Counted from the first letter of the stretch, positions 29,337 to 38,562 are shown. The stretch: 42,766 nt of DNA from Candidatus Diapherotrites archaeon CG08_land_8_20_14_0_20_34_12 (GCA_002779065.1 PEXL01000017.1:1-42766); one strand, 5' to 3'. The notes: generated by a model from the sequence alone, not told the origin. A program made the numbers and translations.

Positions 29337-30851
29337 TTAGAAATAAAAATCAGCATGATGGTTATTGCAAATAGGCATCAAAATGTCTTTTTTCAGGAAG
29401 AAGTCGGGAGTCAAATATTCTCCTTGTATAAAGATTTTATTACAAAATGAGTCGATTGCAATGATTCTTGTTCCTTCTTTTTTCATGATTTCCGACCATT
29501 CTGCAATCAAAGACTGTTGCTTGCTCCTGAATGACTCTGCAATCACTTTTGAATAATACTGGTTCTTTGTATCAAGCAAAAAATTAGGCACTTTATTAAA
29601 GATGGCATTTAACAAATTTGAATATTGTTTCATGAAATAATAATTCAAATCAGATTCCAATAACATCAATGCATTCAATTTATATTGATGCAAGAATATT
29701 TTTTCATAGGATTCAATATTTGAATTTATTTTTTCTGATTTTGAGGATATCATTTCTATCGCATTGCTCAAAAATGATTTTTCATTTCTGCAAGACCAGT
29801 GTAACTCATTATTATTGGGTAAAATTTCAGCAAATCCTTCTTTCTGCAAGATTTTTGCATCTTCAATTGGGATTTTATAAGAATCGCCAAAGAAGAATGG
29901 CCCTATTGGGATATTTTTTGTCAAGAATTCTGCTTTTCTTGCCAATCTTCTTTCCTTATTTGAATTTCCAAGGTGGAATTTGTTTGAAAAATCTGAAAAC
30001 CTTGAATCATAGTAAAAAGCATCCGATAAAAAACGTACAGAAACTAGTGAATTTGGAAAAATATTCCCAGAATAAATATTTTCAGGGATGCAGCAAGCAC
30101 AATTATTTGTTTCTGAACCGATATTTTCTTTTATAATAACCTTTGGCCAAATCTTGGAGAAATCCAATTCCATAAGGTTTTGGAATCTGCCCCTAACCGA
30201 TTCATTTGAGATGAATATATTTGAATTATCTTTAGTGGGAAATATTTTTTCCTGCAAAAATAAGCTATTTTGGATTAGCATTTCAAGTTGATGCCTTTTT
30301 TTCAGTGGAACTTTCTGAAAGGGAATTGCAAGGAGATTGGAAAGCAGCAAGCAATTTGTTAATTGTTTTGCTGCCTTCTTATCCTCAGAACGCAGATTGG
30401 TTATGAGAGAATCCAGAGGGCTCTCAAAAAACTCTAGGAGAAGCAAGGGAAACGAAAACATATTTTGTTTATTAGGAATATCTGCATCCAAAGTAAATAG
30501 ATCAAAATAACTCCATCCATTAAGGAGTAAGAATTGCCTTTCTGGTTCAAGCATAAAGGTTTCTTTCTTGGCAAAATAACATCGCAATTCTTTTAATTTA
30601 GAATAATTCTTGCCAATAACCTTTATATTTTTTTTATTTTGTAAAAGTTTGAATGAATTAATTCCTAAAAGATTGATTTTTTCATCAAGAAGTTTTTCAT
30701 TTGAATCAGATTTGTGAATGAATAAAACTGGGTAAAAATCATAATTTTTAGTTATTTTGGTTTCTCTGTTTGAAAATTCAACTGTTATTCTTCTTTTTTC
30801 ATTTAAGTATGTTGCGTTGCTTAACCAAAGTGTGCCGGGTGTGGAAGACAT
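29337..30851 (-). CDS. Highly diverged, probably inactive family-B (PolB2-like) DNA polymerase derivative
   Basis: ELDFSKIWPKVIIKENIGSETNNCACC resembles PolB2 motif A plus NISPET.NC.CC; IIAIDS resembles degenerate motif C; no recognisable exonuclease motifs. Confidence 0.65.
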   Translation of the reverse strand: MSSTPGTLWLSNATYLNEKRRITVEFSNRETKITKNYDFYPVLFIHKSDSNEKLLDEKINLLGINSFKLLQNKKNIKVIGKNYSKLKELRCYFAKKETFMLEPERQFLLLNGWSYFDLFTLDADIPNKQNMFSFPLLLLEFFESPLDSLITNLRSEDKKAAKQLTNCLLLSNLLAIPFQKVPLKKRHQLEMLIQNSLFLQEKIFPTKDNSNIFISNESVRGRFQNLMELDFSKIWPKVIIKENIGSETNNCACCIPENIYSGNIFPNSLVSVRFLSDAFYYDSRFSDFSNKFHLGNSNKERRLARKAEFLTKNIPIGPFFFGDSYKIPIEDAKILQKEGFAEILPNNNELHWSCRNEKSFLSNAIEMISSKSEKINSNIESYEKIFLHQYKLNALMLLESDLNYYFMKQYSNLLNAIFNKVPNFLLDTKNQYYSKVIAESFRSKQQSLIAEWSEIMKKEGTRIIAIDSFCNKIFIQGEYLTPDFFLKKDILMPICNNHHADFYF

Positions 30852-30892
30852 ACTAAAACTGCAGTTTTAAAGTATTTAAAGAAAAGCAAAGA

Positions 30893-30939
30893 GAGTGGAT
30901 TTCCGGTGAAATTTCTAAAGCTAAGTGATTTCCGCTGAA
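30893..30939 (-). promoter_or_regulatory. Conserved motif copy 2 (30893-30910) plus tandem partial copy (30927-30939), upstream of the polB2-like gene
   Basis: GAGTGGATTTCCGGTGAA and GATTTCCGCTGAA, 29 bp apart; TATA TTTAAATA at 30873-30880; ATG at 30851. Confidence 0.8.
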
Positions 30940-30945
30940 CACCTT

Positions 30946-31623
30946 TTATTCATAGAGCACTGAATCTGCGTGCTGGCAATATTTTCTATATATAGCATAT
31001 ATTAAAGAAGCGTATTTTATCGGCAAGGCGTCTGCCAGACCATAAATATTCTGCTGCATCTCCATATGTCTTATTCTGCCTTCTTCAGGGATTAATCCTC
31101 TTATTGCCCCAACATCCACGATTGCCCTTGATGCTCTTTCTTGTTGATTTTGTTTTTTGCCCTTAAAATAAATCAACCAGGGCTCAAGAACTTTTCTTCC
31201 TGTATCAATCCACAGTTCATTGTTGTGTAGTATTGCCAGATCTCTAGCTAAACCTGCTGCAATAGAGCGTGCATTTTGAAATGAATCTATCATAGAAGGG
31301 TCTTTAAACAAATCAACTGACATATATACATTATCTTTTGATAAATCCCGCACAAATAAAAAATCATCAGATAGGTGATCAGCCTTGCCCGTCGGAATTC
31401 CCAAATCTCTTAATTTGCCCAGTAAACTCCTATGCCAATCCGGATTTTGGCCTTCGAACTGCTTAGCCAAAAAATATTTTCTTCTTTGTGGGTTCCCCCT
31501 GTGAAATATATCAATCCTAGTGGTATCCATTCCTGGCTGTATGACCCATCCTTTAACAAGCTTTTGCTCTCTTGCCTGTGCTGCTTTTTTTCTATGTGCT
31601 ACGCTTCTTTTTGGCCAAGGCAT
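30946..31623 (-). CDS. Hypothetical protein with basic N-terminus and degenerate kinase-like fold (paralog of 35407-36051)
   Basis: Shares IPT.K, F.RDLSK, G(L/I)ARDLAI.HNN, EPWL.YF, ASRAI.DVGAI with the paralog. Confidence 0.7.
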   Translation of the reverse strand: MPWPKRSVAHRKKAAQAREQKLVKGWVIQPGMDTTRIDIFHRGNPQRRKYFLAKQFEGQNPDWHRSLLGKLRDLGIPTGKADHLSDDFLFVRDLSKDNVYMSVDLFKDPSMIDSFQNARSIAAGLARDLAILHNNELWIDTGRKVLEPWLIYFKGKKQNQQERASRAIVDVGAIRGLIPEEGRIRHMEMQQNIYGLADALPIKYASLIYAIYRKYCQHADSVLYE

Positions 31624-31664
31624 ACTAATAATTTGGACAAATATTTAATATTACTTACCGAAGA

Positions 31665-34600
31665 CTATGGGAGAAATTCTGCTGTTTCTTCCCTTGTTTT
31701 GTCTGCAGATTGCTCAAATTTCAGGGCTGCATCTTCCAAGGAAATTTCGTGCTTGCTTGGCATTGATTTTCTGTACCTTACCTTAAAAAATAATGGATAG
31801 CCTGTTGCTTCTCCAACAAGTAGGGCTTCCCCTACCTGCAATGAATTTATTATGCCAAAGCTTCTTTGGTCAATTCCTTCTGAAGATTCTGCTATATGCT
31901 TCAGATCATTTGGATTTGTAATACGCAGAATCATATGGGTTGAGCATTGTGATAGTGTTGTTGTATCTAATTGAACTGGCCTTTGGGAGATAATACAAAG
32001 AGACATACCAAACTTTCTTCCTTCCCTTGCAATTGTCCTTAAAATAGAACGGGAGATTGCTGATTCTTCTGAAACATGTTCAGGACACCACTGGTGTGCT
32101 TCCTCTGCAATTAAAAGGGTTGGAGGAATTACATTGGATTTCCTTTCATCAAACAGCTTGTTTGCAAAATAACTTACTATCATCTGCTTTTTTTTCATAT
32201 TAACTACATCTGAGAAATCAATTATTGTTAAAGTTCCTGGCTTAATTAATTCGGAAATTGCGGGCATATCTGTCCTTGCAAATAAATTGTAGGACATTAA
32301 ATCATCAATCCAGCCAAGTAAGGGGAATTTTGAATTCTGTTTTATATTATTATCTTTTAGGATTGCATCCTTTACATGTGACCAATCAAAAGGGCCTAAT
32401 CCTTTCCGCATATCCTCTTTCAAACAAGATAAAATTCTGCTCAGATCTCTTTTCTGCGGTGCGGTCAAACCAGGAATAATTCCTGCTAACATATGAACAC
32501 TCATTTTAGGAACAGCAATTCTGATATTTTGTGCTTTGATGATTTTTGTTCTGTCAGAAAAATCCTCATATTTGCCATCTTTCACTGGCTGGGCAAAGCT
32601 TGAATACTCGCCATGAGGGTCCAAAACCACTATTGCAATTCTGCCTTTTTGCTTTGGCCTATTAAGGAGTTCTTCAATTAGGCAAGCTGTGGAAAAACTA
32701 TTGTGAATAATCAAGTTATTTGCAACAAAATTGTGCTCTTCCACACACAAATCATAAACATACTTTTTGTCATAATCAACCTCTTCAACAGATTTAATCG
32801 CATCAAAAAACAAGCCATCAGAAACAAGAGTATGTAAAAAATCGAGTTTCTCCCTGATTTCGGGCAATTGCTTTTCTTTATCTATTGAAATAATAAAAAG
32901 ATTGTATAAAACCTTGTAAATATTTGAATATTTTATTGTATTTAGGGGATTATAAGAATAGCCATCCAAATATTGACCCCTAAATCCACTTCTGCAGCAT
33001 AATTCTCCTATCTCATAGCCAAGATTTTTGCACAAAACTCTAATTTGATTGGCTATTTGCTTAAAATCTAAATTAGTTATTGTATCTATCCCTAAATCTG
33101 ATTCATTTTCTAAAGCCAGAACATTTTTGGCCAAATAAAAGGTGTTTATAGTTGGTTCTGTTAAACCCCTTACTACTCTTCTTGCAGTAGTGTTTGAAAC
33201 CTTTGTATTCTTGGCAATTTTGTTAAAATCATATTTAGAATAGGCATTCACAAGTATTTGCTTTGCATCTTCTTCTGTCAAGTTAGGCATAACATAAAAT
33301 AATTTTTTTGTTTGGGTTATTGCGCTATGAATGTTCGCATAATTATGCTCAAATTCAGCTAGTAAAGATCTTAATGAAATAGGAGTCGGATCATCATGCC
33401 TTTCATTTAGTGACAAATAATTGGCAATATTGACAAATTGGTTTTGGGTTAAATTGAGCTTATTTTTTAGGAAACCTAAGGTATGTTTAATGTTGGGAAT
33501 TACCCTAACGTTTGAATTTGATTTTTTTAGAGAACATTCCTTGAGCGCTTTTGCTTTATAATCTATTAAAAGAGTTAATTCATTATTTAATATGTTTAAA
33601 TAATCTGCACCTCCTAAAAATAATCTGCCATATTGTTTGCCCTTAACTGTTTTTATCTTTCTTATTGGGTTTAATTTAAAGCGCAAAACTATTTGCTCTA
33701 TGTTGTCTAACATTTGCTTGCTGGCAAGGGTTATCTCAATATGTGATTTCTTGGAACAAACATAACCATCACAATCAATAAATGCACTCAAAAAAGCAGC
33801 CAAAACTGATTTTTTACTTAATAGAATTTCCTTGGGCACATATTTGGTCCAACTTGAATTAGTAAAACCTAGCTTAAACAAGCTATCTGCTAAAAGCTTG
33901 TTATAAATCCTAAGTTCAATATCCCTCTTTCTGTTAATATTTGCGACAATGCCCAACAGTTTTGCCAGGTTACTAAAATCGTCCCTAATTAAATTAGAAC
34001 TATTGGTAAAACTAATAGTTTGACCTCCGTTATGTCCTTCTGCTAACAAATAGGCCATGAACCTTGCAAAATTTTCATCAACCATAATCTTTGCAGGAAT
34101 TCTAGAAGACCGTACTTTTAATGTTTTTATTTTAGAGCATATCTCCAAAAAATTCATATCTAATTTGTCACAAATTAATTTAAGATTATTTAGAGAAACT
34201 CCAGGGTAGGATAATAAATATTGCAGTTTTCTTGATGGCATATTAACAATTCTAGAGAACTCCTTCATTGAATATTTTTCAAAGAGTTTTGACTTTAATT
34301 CAGCTAAAATGGATTTATCATCAACCCTGACCTTAGTAGAATTCTCCCATAATTGTACAAAATCAATTATTTGTTCCGAACCCGCTATTTGAGGCATTGC
34401 CGTAATTAGATAATCTTTTTTAGCAAGATTTTTAGCTTGAACCCAGTTTATTTGCTCATTTAGAATAGGTATTGGGTGTTCTGGAGTAACTAATAATTGT
34501 TTGCCTGTTCTTGTTTTGATTTTGAACATTTTTTTAGGGGCTTTCCTGCGCATAAATGCCTTAATTTCAGAAGCTATTGGTTGATTATTTTCATCCAATG

Positions 34601-35261
34601 AAATTACTTTCAAATTATTTGGGTTAATATCACACAATTCAACATTGTCTTCAATTACTTTTTTATTTTCCAAATGCTTGTCGACAAGCTCGCCAAGCTT
34701 TACTGTGTCACCATTACCCAACAATATTTCAAGATTATAATCTCCGCATTTTCCGGAACCAGACATTGCCATAATTGCAAGGTGTTTTTTTAACATGCGA
34801 GTCATATTCAATTTTACTGGAAGATCATGATGTTCAACATTGCCTAAATGCATTCCAGATTCATCAAAATGGAAGAATTTCTTCAGTTTTTCATTGTCTG
34901 CAATCCTTACCTTTGAACCAGGACTTGGGGGGAAACTTGGCCTGTAAAAATTATCGCCGGAATAAACACCTAAAGGTTTTGTGTTTGCTACAAGATATTC
35001 CCATTCATGCACAGGGAATTGCTCAAACAACGCTTGGCCCTTTGATTCAAATTCCTTTACTGAATCAGCCCTTTCAAAATATTTATTAGTTCTAAAAACA
35101 TCCATTACCAATGCAATAAAATTCCCACTTGCATTTTCGATCTCAACAAATTGCCCTCTATGTATCAAACCGGAGGTAACAACAAAATCTGCAGTGCTAG
35201 GGCTTGGAGAATTAATTGCAGATATAACTGTTCCAACTGTTTGTGCATTCTTTGCGACCAT
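31665..35261 (-). CDS. herA: HerA helicase/translocase interrupted by an intein in Walker A
   Basis: N-terminal HAS-barrel-like region, HLAIMAMSGSGK|intein|S, VLDPHGEY, EEAH, AREGRKFG, SQRP; spliced product about 515 aa. Confidence 0.92.
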   Translation of the reverse strand: MVAKNAQTVGTVISAINSPSPSTADFVVTSGLIHRGQFVEIENASGNFIALVMDVFRTNKYFERADSVKEFESKGQALFEQFPVHEWEYLVANTKPLGVYSGDNFYRPSFPPSPGSKVRIADNEKLKKFFHFDESGMHLGNVEHHDLPVKLNMTRMLKKHLAIMAMSGSGKCGDYNLEILLGNGDTVKLGELVDKHLENKKVIEDNVELCDINPNNLKVISLDENNQPIASEIKAFMRRKAPKKMFKIKTRTGKQLLVTPEHPIPILNEQINWVQAKNLAKKDYLITAMPQIAGSEQIIDFVQLWENSTKVRVDDKSILAELKSKLFEKYSMKEFSRIVNMPSRKLQYLLSYPGVSLNNLKLICDKLDMNFLEICSKIKTLKVRSSRIPAKIMVDENFARFMAYLLAEGHNGGQTISFTNSSNLIRDDFSNLAKLLGIVANINRKRDIELRIYNKLLADSLFKLGFTNSSWTKYVPKEILLSKKSVLAAFLSAFIDCDGYVCSKKSHIEITLASKQMLDNIEQIVLRFKLNPIRKIKTVKGKQYGRLFLGGADYLNILNNELTLLIDYKAKALKECSLKKSNSNVRVIPNIKHTLGFLKNKLNLTQNQFVNIANYLSLNERHDDPTPISLRSLLAEFEHNYANIHSAITQTKKLFYVMPNLTEEDAKQILVNAYSKYDFNKIAKNTKVSNTTARRVVRGLTEPTINTFYLAKNVLALENESDLGIDTITNLDFKQIANQIRVLCKNLGYEIGELCCRSGFRGQYLDGYSYNPLNTIKYSNIYKVLYNLFIISIDKEKQLPEIREKLDFLHTLVSDGLFFDAIKSVEEVDYDKKYVYDLCVEEHNFVANNLIIHNSFSTACLIEELLNRPKQKGRIAIVVLDPHGEYSSFAQPVKDGKYEDFSDRTKIIKAQNIRIAVPKMSVHMLAGIIPGLTAPQKRDLSRILSCLKEDMRKGLGPFDWSHVKDAILKDNNIKQNSKFPLLGWIDDLMSYNLFARTDMPAISELIKPGTLTIIDFSDVVNMKKKQMIVSYFANKLFDERKSNVIPPTLLIAEEAHQWCPEHVSEESAISRSILRTIAREGRKFGMSLCIISQRPVQLDTTTLSQCSTHMILRITNPNDLKHIAESSEGIDQRSFGIINSLQVGEALLVGEATGYPLFFKVRYRKSMPSKHEISLEDAALKFEQSADKTREETAEFLP
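32700..34748 (-). mobile_element. Large (683 aa) intein with LAGLIDADG homing endonuclease and HTH-like insertions
   Basis: Starts CGDYN after GSGK; block B VTPEHP; YLLAEG and AFIDCDG LAGLIDADG motifs; VYDL, HNF, terminal HN followed by Ser +1. Confidence 0.92.
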
Positions 35262-35300
35262 AATTAACTAAACAAAAAGTTGTTTATAAAGGATTGCGAA

Positions 35301-35318
35301 GAGTAGATTTCCGCTGAA
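35301..35318 (-). promoter_or_regulatory. Conserved motif copy 3, upstream of herA
   Basis: GAGTAGATTTCCGCTGAA; TATA TTTATAAA at 35283-35290; ATG at 35261. Confidence 0.8.
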
Positions 35319-35324
35319 TGGCCC

Positions 35325-35374
35325 CTTTCTTTTCTTAAAAAGAAAAGAAAGACCCCAGGGTTCAAAGAAAAGAA
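35325..35374. repeat. Hairpin + mirror repeat element C
   Basis: 12-bp stem 35325-35336/35340-35351; 35364-35374 is an exact mirror of 35340-35350. Confidence 0.8.
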
Positions 35375-35406
35375 GGAAAATTTTGCAAGAAAAAAGAAGG
35401 ATAAAA

Positions 35407-36051
35407 TTATTTTCTATATTTTTTATACGTAGCTTCTATCTGACTTCGATAATCTGGGAAGTGTTCAGTTAATCTGAACAAATTAGGCCTCATCGGATCA
35501 GAATCAAAATCAGCATATGCCTTGCGGCTGTAATAGATTGCACCAACATCAGTTATTGCCCTTGATGCGATATGCGCTGATTCGTGTTTTGGGCTCCGGA
35601 AATAAAGCAACCAAGGTTCTGTAACACTCCTGCCTTTAAGTATAAATAATCCGTTATTATGCATTATTGCCAAATCCCTTGCAATGCCTTTTATTAATGA
35701 TTCGGCATTCACACACCCTTGAATAATATCAGGATCGAAATGTAAATCCAAAGCAATTGTTCTGCCGCCTTTTGACAAATCCCTTGCGAAAAGATATTTT
35801 CTTTCTGAAATTCCCTCCACCTTGGCAGTTGGAATTTTTAATTTCCGCAATCTGGAAAAGATGGCTTTATGCCTTCTGGCAACAGCACTTTCAGAAGCAG
35901 AAGTATGCTGAAAAAATCTTTTTCGTAAAAGATGTTTCTTGCGATAACCTCTGCCTGAAGCAAATGCAAGAACCTCTATGGCATCCCTTCCACTATTCCT
36001 TGAACCTGTCTGCCTTGCTTTGGCAAACCTTATTCTGTTTGGCTTAGGCAT
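35407..36051 (-). CDS. Hypothetical protein with basic N-terminus and degenerate kinase-like fold (paralog of 30946-31623)
   Basis: Same shared blocks as the paralog; MPKPNRIR... N-terminus. Confidence 0.7.
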   Translation of the reverse strand: MPKPNRIRFAKARQTGSRNSGRDAIEVLAFASGRGYRKKHLLRKRFFQHTSASESAVARRHKAIFSRLRKLKIPTAKVEGISERKYLFARDLSKGGRTIALDLHFDPDIIQGCVNAESLIKGIARDLAIMHNNGLFILKGRSVTEPWLLYFRSPKHESAHIASRAITDVGAIYYSRKAYADFDSDPMRPNLFRLTEHFPDYRSQIEATYKKYRK

Positions 36052-36107
36052 ACCTGAATTATGCAGGCATTAGATTTTATCTTTTGCTGATAAATAGCAC
36101 ATTACTT

Positions 36108-36536
36108 TTAGAGTTCATTCTTGCAGATAAATACAAGCAGCTCAACAAGCACCTGATTCATTGAATAAGCAAACAGGCCAATTGCGCCAAAAAAGAAAAG
36201 ATCTGTAGGGGTTGGGGTTAATTTGAACTGGGCAAGCATTGCAAATGTTGCAGTATATATTGCAACAAGCAAAATGGCAATATTTATTGCATGCCTCTTG
36301 AAATTCCAGCGTTCAAGCCTAACTGTTCTGCCAAGCAAAGCTTCAATTGCAGGCCTTGCTGCCAAGAGCCAGGCTGCAAAAAAGAGGATTGCATTTACAA
36401 AAAAAGGAATATAGGAAAATTCTTGGCTTGGTGTTTCAGGAACGCTTGCAACAAGGTAAGCAAGCCAATATGCAATAAGCGTTCCAAATAATAAAGTGAT
36501 TTTTATAAAACCAAAAATTATTTTCATTGCATCCAT
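36108..36536 (-). CDS. Hypothetical membrane protein (about 4 TM)
   Basis: Four hydrophobic segments. Confidence 0.65.
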   Translation of the reverse strand: MDAMKIIFGFIKITLLFGTLIAYWLAYLVASVPETPSQEFSYIPFFVNAILFFAAWLLAARPAIEALLGRTVRLERWNFKRHAINIAILLVAIYTATFAMLAQFKLTPTPTDLFFFGAIGLFAYSMNQVLVELLVFICKNEL

Positions 36537-36610
36537 AAAAGAAACCAGATAACATACTTAGAATTAGACATTATTAAAAATAAATGCTAGCTTAAGTTAT
36601 TTGGTCAACT

Positions 36611-37177
36611 ATGCCAAAAAGTCCTAATGCAAGAAGAGGTTGGCATGCTGCAAAGATCGCTTCCTTTAGGGAAGAATTAAAGCGCAGGCCTGTGCAAAAA
36701 AAGGATTACCCAAAGATAATAGAGCATTATAGGGAAAGGATTGATGATTGCTTTGATTCTAATATGGAAACAGATGGCTTGAGTGGCTAGGTAAGGGGTT
36801 ATATTGAATTTGACAAAGGCGTTGACAGAATGTGGCATGATTTTAACCAATTAGGGCTTCGCAATTGGGAATAGCATAGTGTAGTGCCACAGATAAGGGA
36901 AAGGTATTTCGAGCTGAAAGCTCGATTCCTTAATTTAATAAAAGGCGAGGCAAAAGCATATTGTGGATTTATTGCAAAAGACATTTATGAAAGTGCAAGG
37001 CGCGGAAGGCCTTTCACCCTAAGCACATTCCAGGAAGCTGCAAGGAATCAAATAGAGCATGCACTCGAATTGCTACCGGCAACTGAAAGGAATGAGGTAC
37101 TGGAAGCATATGGAAAGGGCATGGGAATAATAGAAGACGCCTTGGGGAAGAAATTAAATGGTTTAAAAAGGCCTTGA
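36611..37177 (+). pseudogene. Basic-N-terminus hypothetical gene interrupted by two in-frame TAG codons
   Basis: Single frame from ATG 36611 (MPKSPNARRGW...) to TGA 37177, broken only by TAG at 36788-36790 and 36872-36874; the tracked ORF 36884-37177 is its 3' part. Confidence 0.6.
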
Positions 37178-38248
37178 ATCTCTTCGCATTAATCGGAAAT
37201 TAGTGCCTAATTTATCTGCTATTTTATTAAAAATAAATTCAATTTCGTCTGGATTTAAACCTGCCCTTAAATCTGCTTCAATTAGGGGAGAAGGAAATGC
37301 ATATTCCCTGTGCAATGAAGATACTTGATAAATTACTGAAGAAATTTTATCTATAAATTCTGTTAGTTTTTGACTTTTTTCATTGCTTAGGAATTCAATC
37401 CTTAAAGCACGGTCGTATTTTGAGGGTTTTAAATAACAGACATTTACTGCTTTAGAATATTTTTCATTGAAATCTGAAAGAATAGGGTGTTGTTCAATAT
37501 CAACTGTGTAAGGGAAGGCCGCAGTTCTTTCTTTTTCTTTAAGCAAATGATCCAAAAGAACTGAATCATAACAATCATCAAATTTAGATTTATTTTGCTC
37601 GGAAACAAAATTTTGTTGAATTATTTCCCTGAATCTTGAGCCCCGAGAATCTTCAATGCAGCCAATTAAAATTGTGCCATTGTCTTCAGCTGCTTTATAT
37701 AAACTTTCAAATAAAGAAATTACTTTTGAATATGAGCTTGTTACCTTTGAATCCTTCCTTGGCTTGTCCGCATGTTGCGGGATGATTGAACCATCAAGCA
37801 GGCAGTATTCTGGCTTGTGTTTTTCAATTATCTCTTTTGCCAAACTGATCTCTTCAAACAAGCGGTATAAGCTCTTTGAAACAGAACTTTCATCCAATTG
37901 TAAAGCGCCATTAATAAAAATCGGTTTTGGGAATGAAAACATTTCTGGATAATATTCTGCCTTTTCAAGAGTGCTATTTTTATAAGAAAAAAGGACTGAT
38001 GCTGTCCTTATAAAAAGTAAATCAAACGAATATAGATTCTTGCCAACAAAACCGGAATCAACCGCCGCAATTCTTGAATTTAAATGATGTTCAGCTATTG
38101 GAAAAACCAATTGCTCTTCGAGCAAAGGGCTTTTTCCTTCATTTTTTAAATATTTTTTTGGGAGAATTTCCTTAACAGCTTCGCTTCTCTTTGATTCATT
38201 TATTTTTATATTTTCAACTGCTTCTGAAATGATTTTGAGTGGATTCAT
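37163..38248 (-). CDS. nurA: DNA double-strand break repair nuclease NurA
   Basis: AAVDSG, LLDGSI, RIEF, FPSPLIEAD motifs; near herA. Start reassigned to MNPLK at 38248 because the upstream extension covers the TATA box and motif. Confidence 0.88.
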   Translation of the reverse strand: MNPLKIISEAVENIKINESKRSEAVKEILPKKYLKNEGKSPLLEEQLVFPIAEHHLNSRIAAVDSGFVGKNLYSFDLLFIRTASVLFSYKNSTLEKAEYYPEMFSFPKPIFINGALQLDESSVSKSLYRLFEEISLAKEIIEKHKPEYCLLDGSIIPQHADKPRKDSKVTSSYSKVISLFESLYKAAEDNGTILIGCIEDSRGSRFREIIQQNFVSEQNKSKFDDCYDSVLLDHLLKEKERTAAFPYTVDIEQHPILSDFNEKYSKAVNVCYLKPSKYDRALRIEFLSNEKSQKLTEFIDKISSVIYQVSSLHREYAFPSPLIEADLRAGLNPDEIEFIFNKIADKLGTNFRLMRRDSRPF

Positions 38249-38290
38249 CTGAAATAAAGTGGAAAAATGAAGTATATAAAGAAGTGGAAA

Positions 38291-38308
38291 GAGTGGATTT
38301 CCGGTGAA
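38291..38308 (-). promoter_or_regulatory. Conserved motif copy 4, upstream of nurA
   Basis: GAGTGGATTTCCGGTGAA; TATA TTTATATA at 38273-38280; ATG at 38248. Confidence 0.8.
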
Positions 38309-38314
38309 CCCATC

Positions 38315-38368
38315 CTTTTCTTTCTTTCGCAAAGAAAGAAAAGTCTAGGTGCTGACAAAAGAAAGAAA
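38315..38368. repeat. Hairpin + mirror repeat element D
   Basis: 13-bp stem 38315-38327/38331-38343; 38357-38368 is an exact mirror of 38331-38342. Confidence 0.8.
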
Positions 38369-38394
38369 ACTTAGTTGCCAAAAGAGAAAGAAAA

Positions 38395-38562
38395 TTATCT
38401 TGAAGATAATTTATTCTGCTGCCTGCTCCAGACTTTATTCGGGGTTTTTTTAAGCCAAGCTGCATAAGCGTCAATAAATTGCAGTCTTTGTTCAAAATTC
38501 CTTTTCTTTTCCTCTTCAAGCTCCCTTAAGTCTGATTTTGTAAGTTTTAGTAATTTTTCCAT
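38395..38562 (-). CDS. Small (55 aa) partner protein of the nucleotidyltransferase, not in the ORF track
   Basis: Manual translation MEKLLKLTKSDLRELEEEKKRNFEQRLQFIDAYAAWLKKTPNKVWSRQQNKLSSR; overlaps the upstream gene's 3' end by 16 nt. Confidence 0.7.
   Translation of the reverse strand: MEKLLKLTKSDLRELEEEKKRNFEQRLQFIDAYAAWLKKTPNKVWSRQQNKLSSR

Noticed and set aside
38249..38332. ORF-track N-terminal extension of NurA
   Set aside because: It runs through the TATA box, conserved motif and hairpin; ATG 38248 fits the spacing seen at the other motif promoters.
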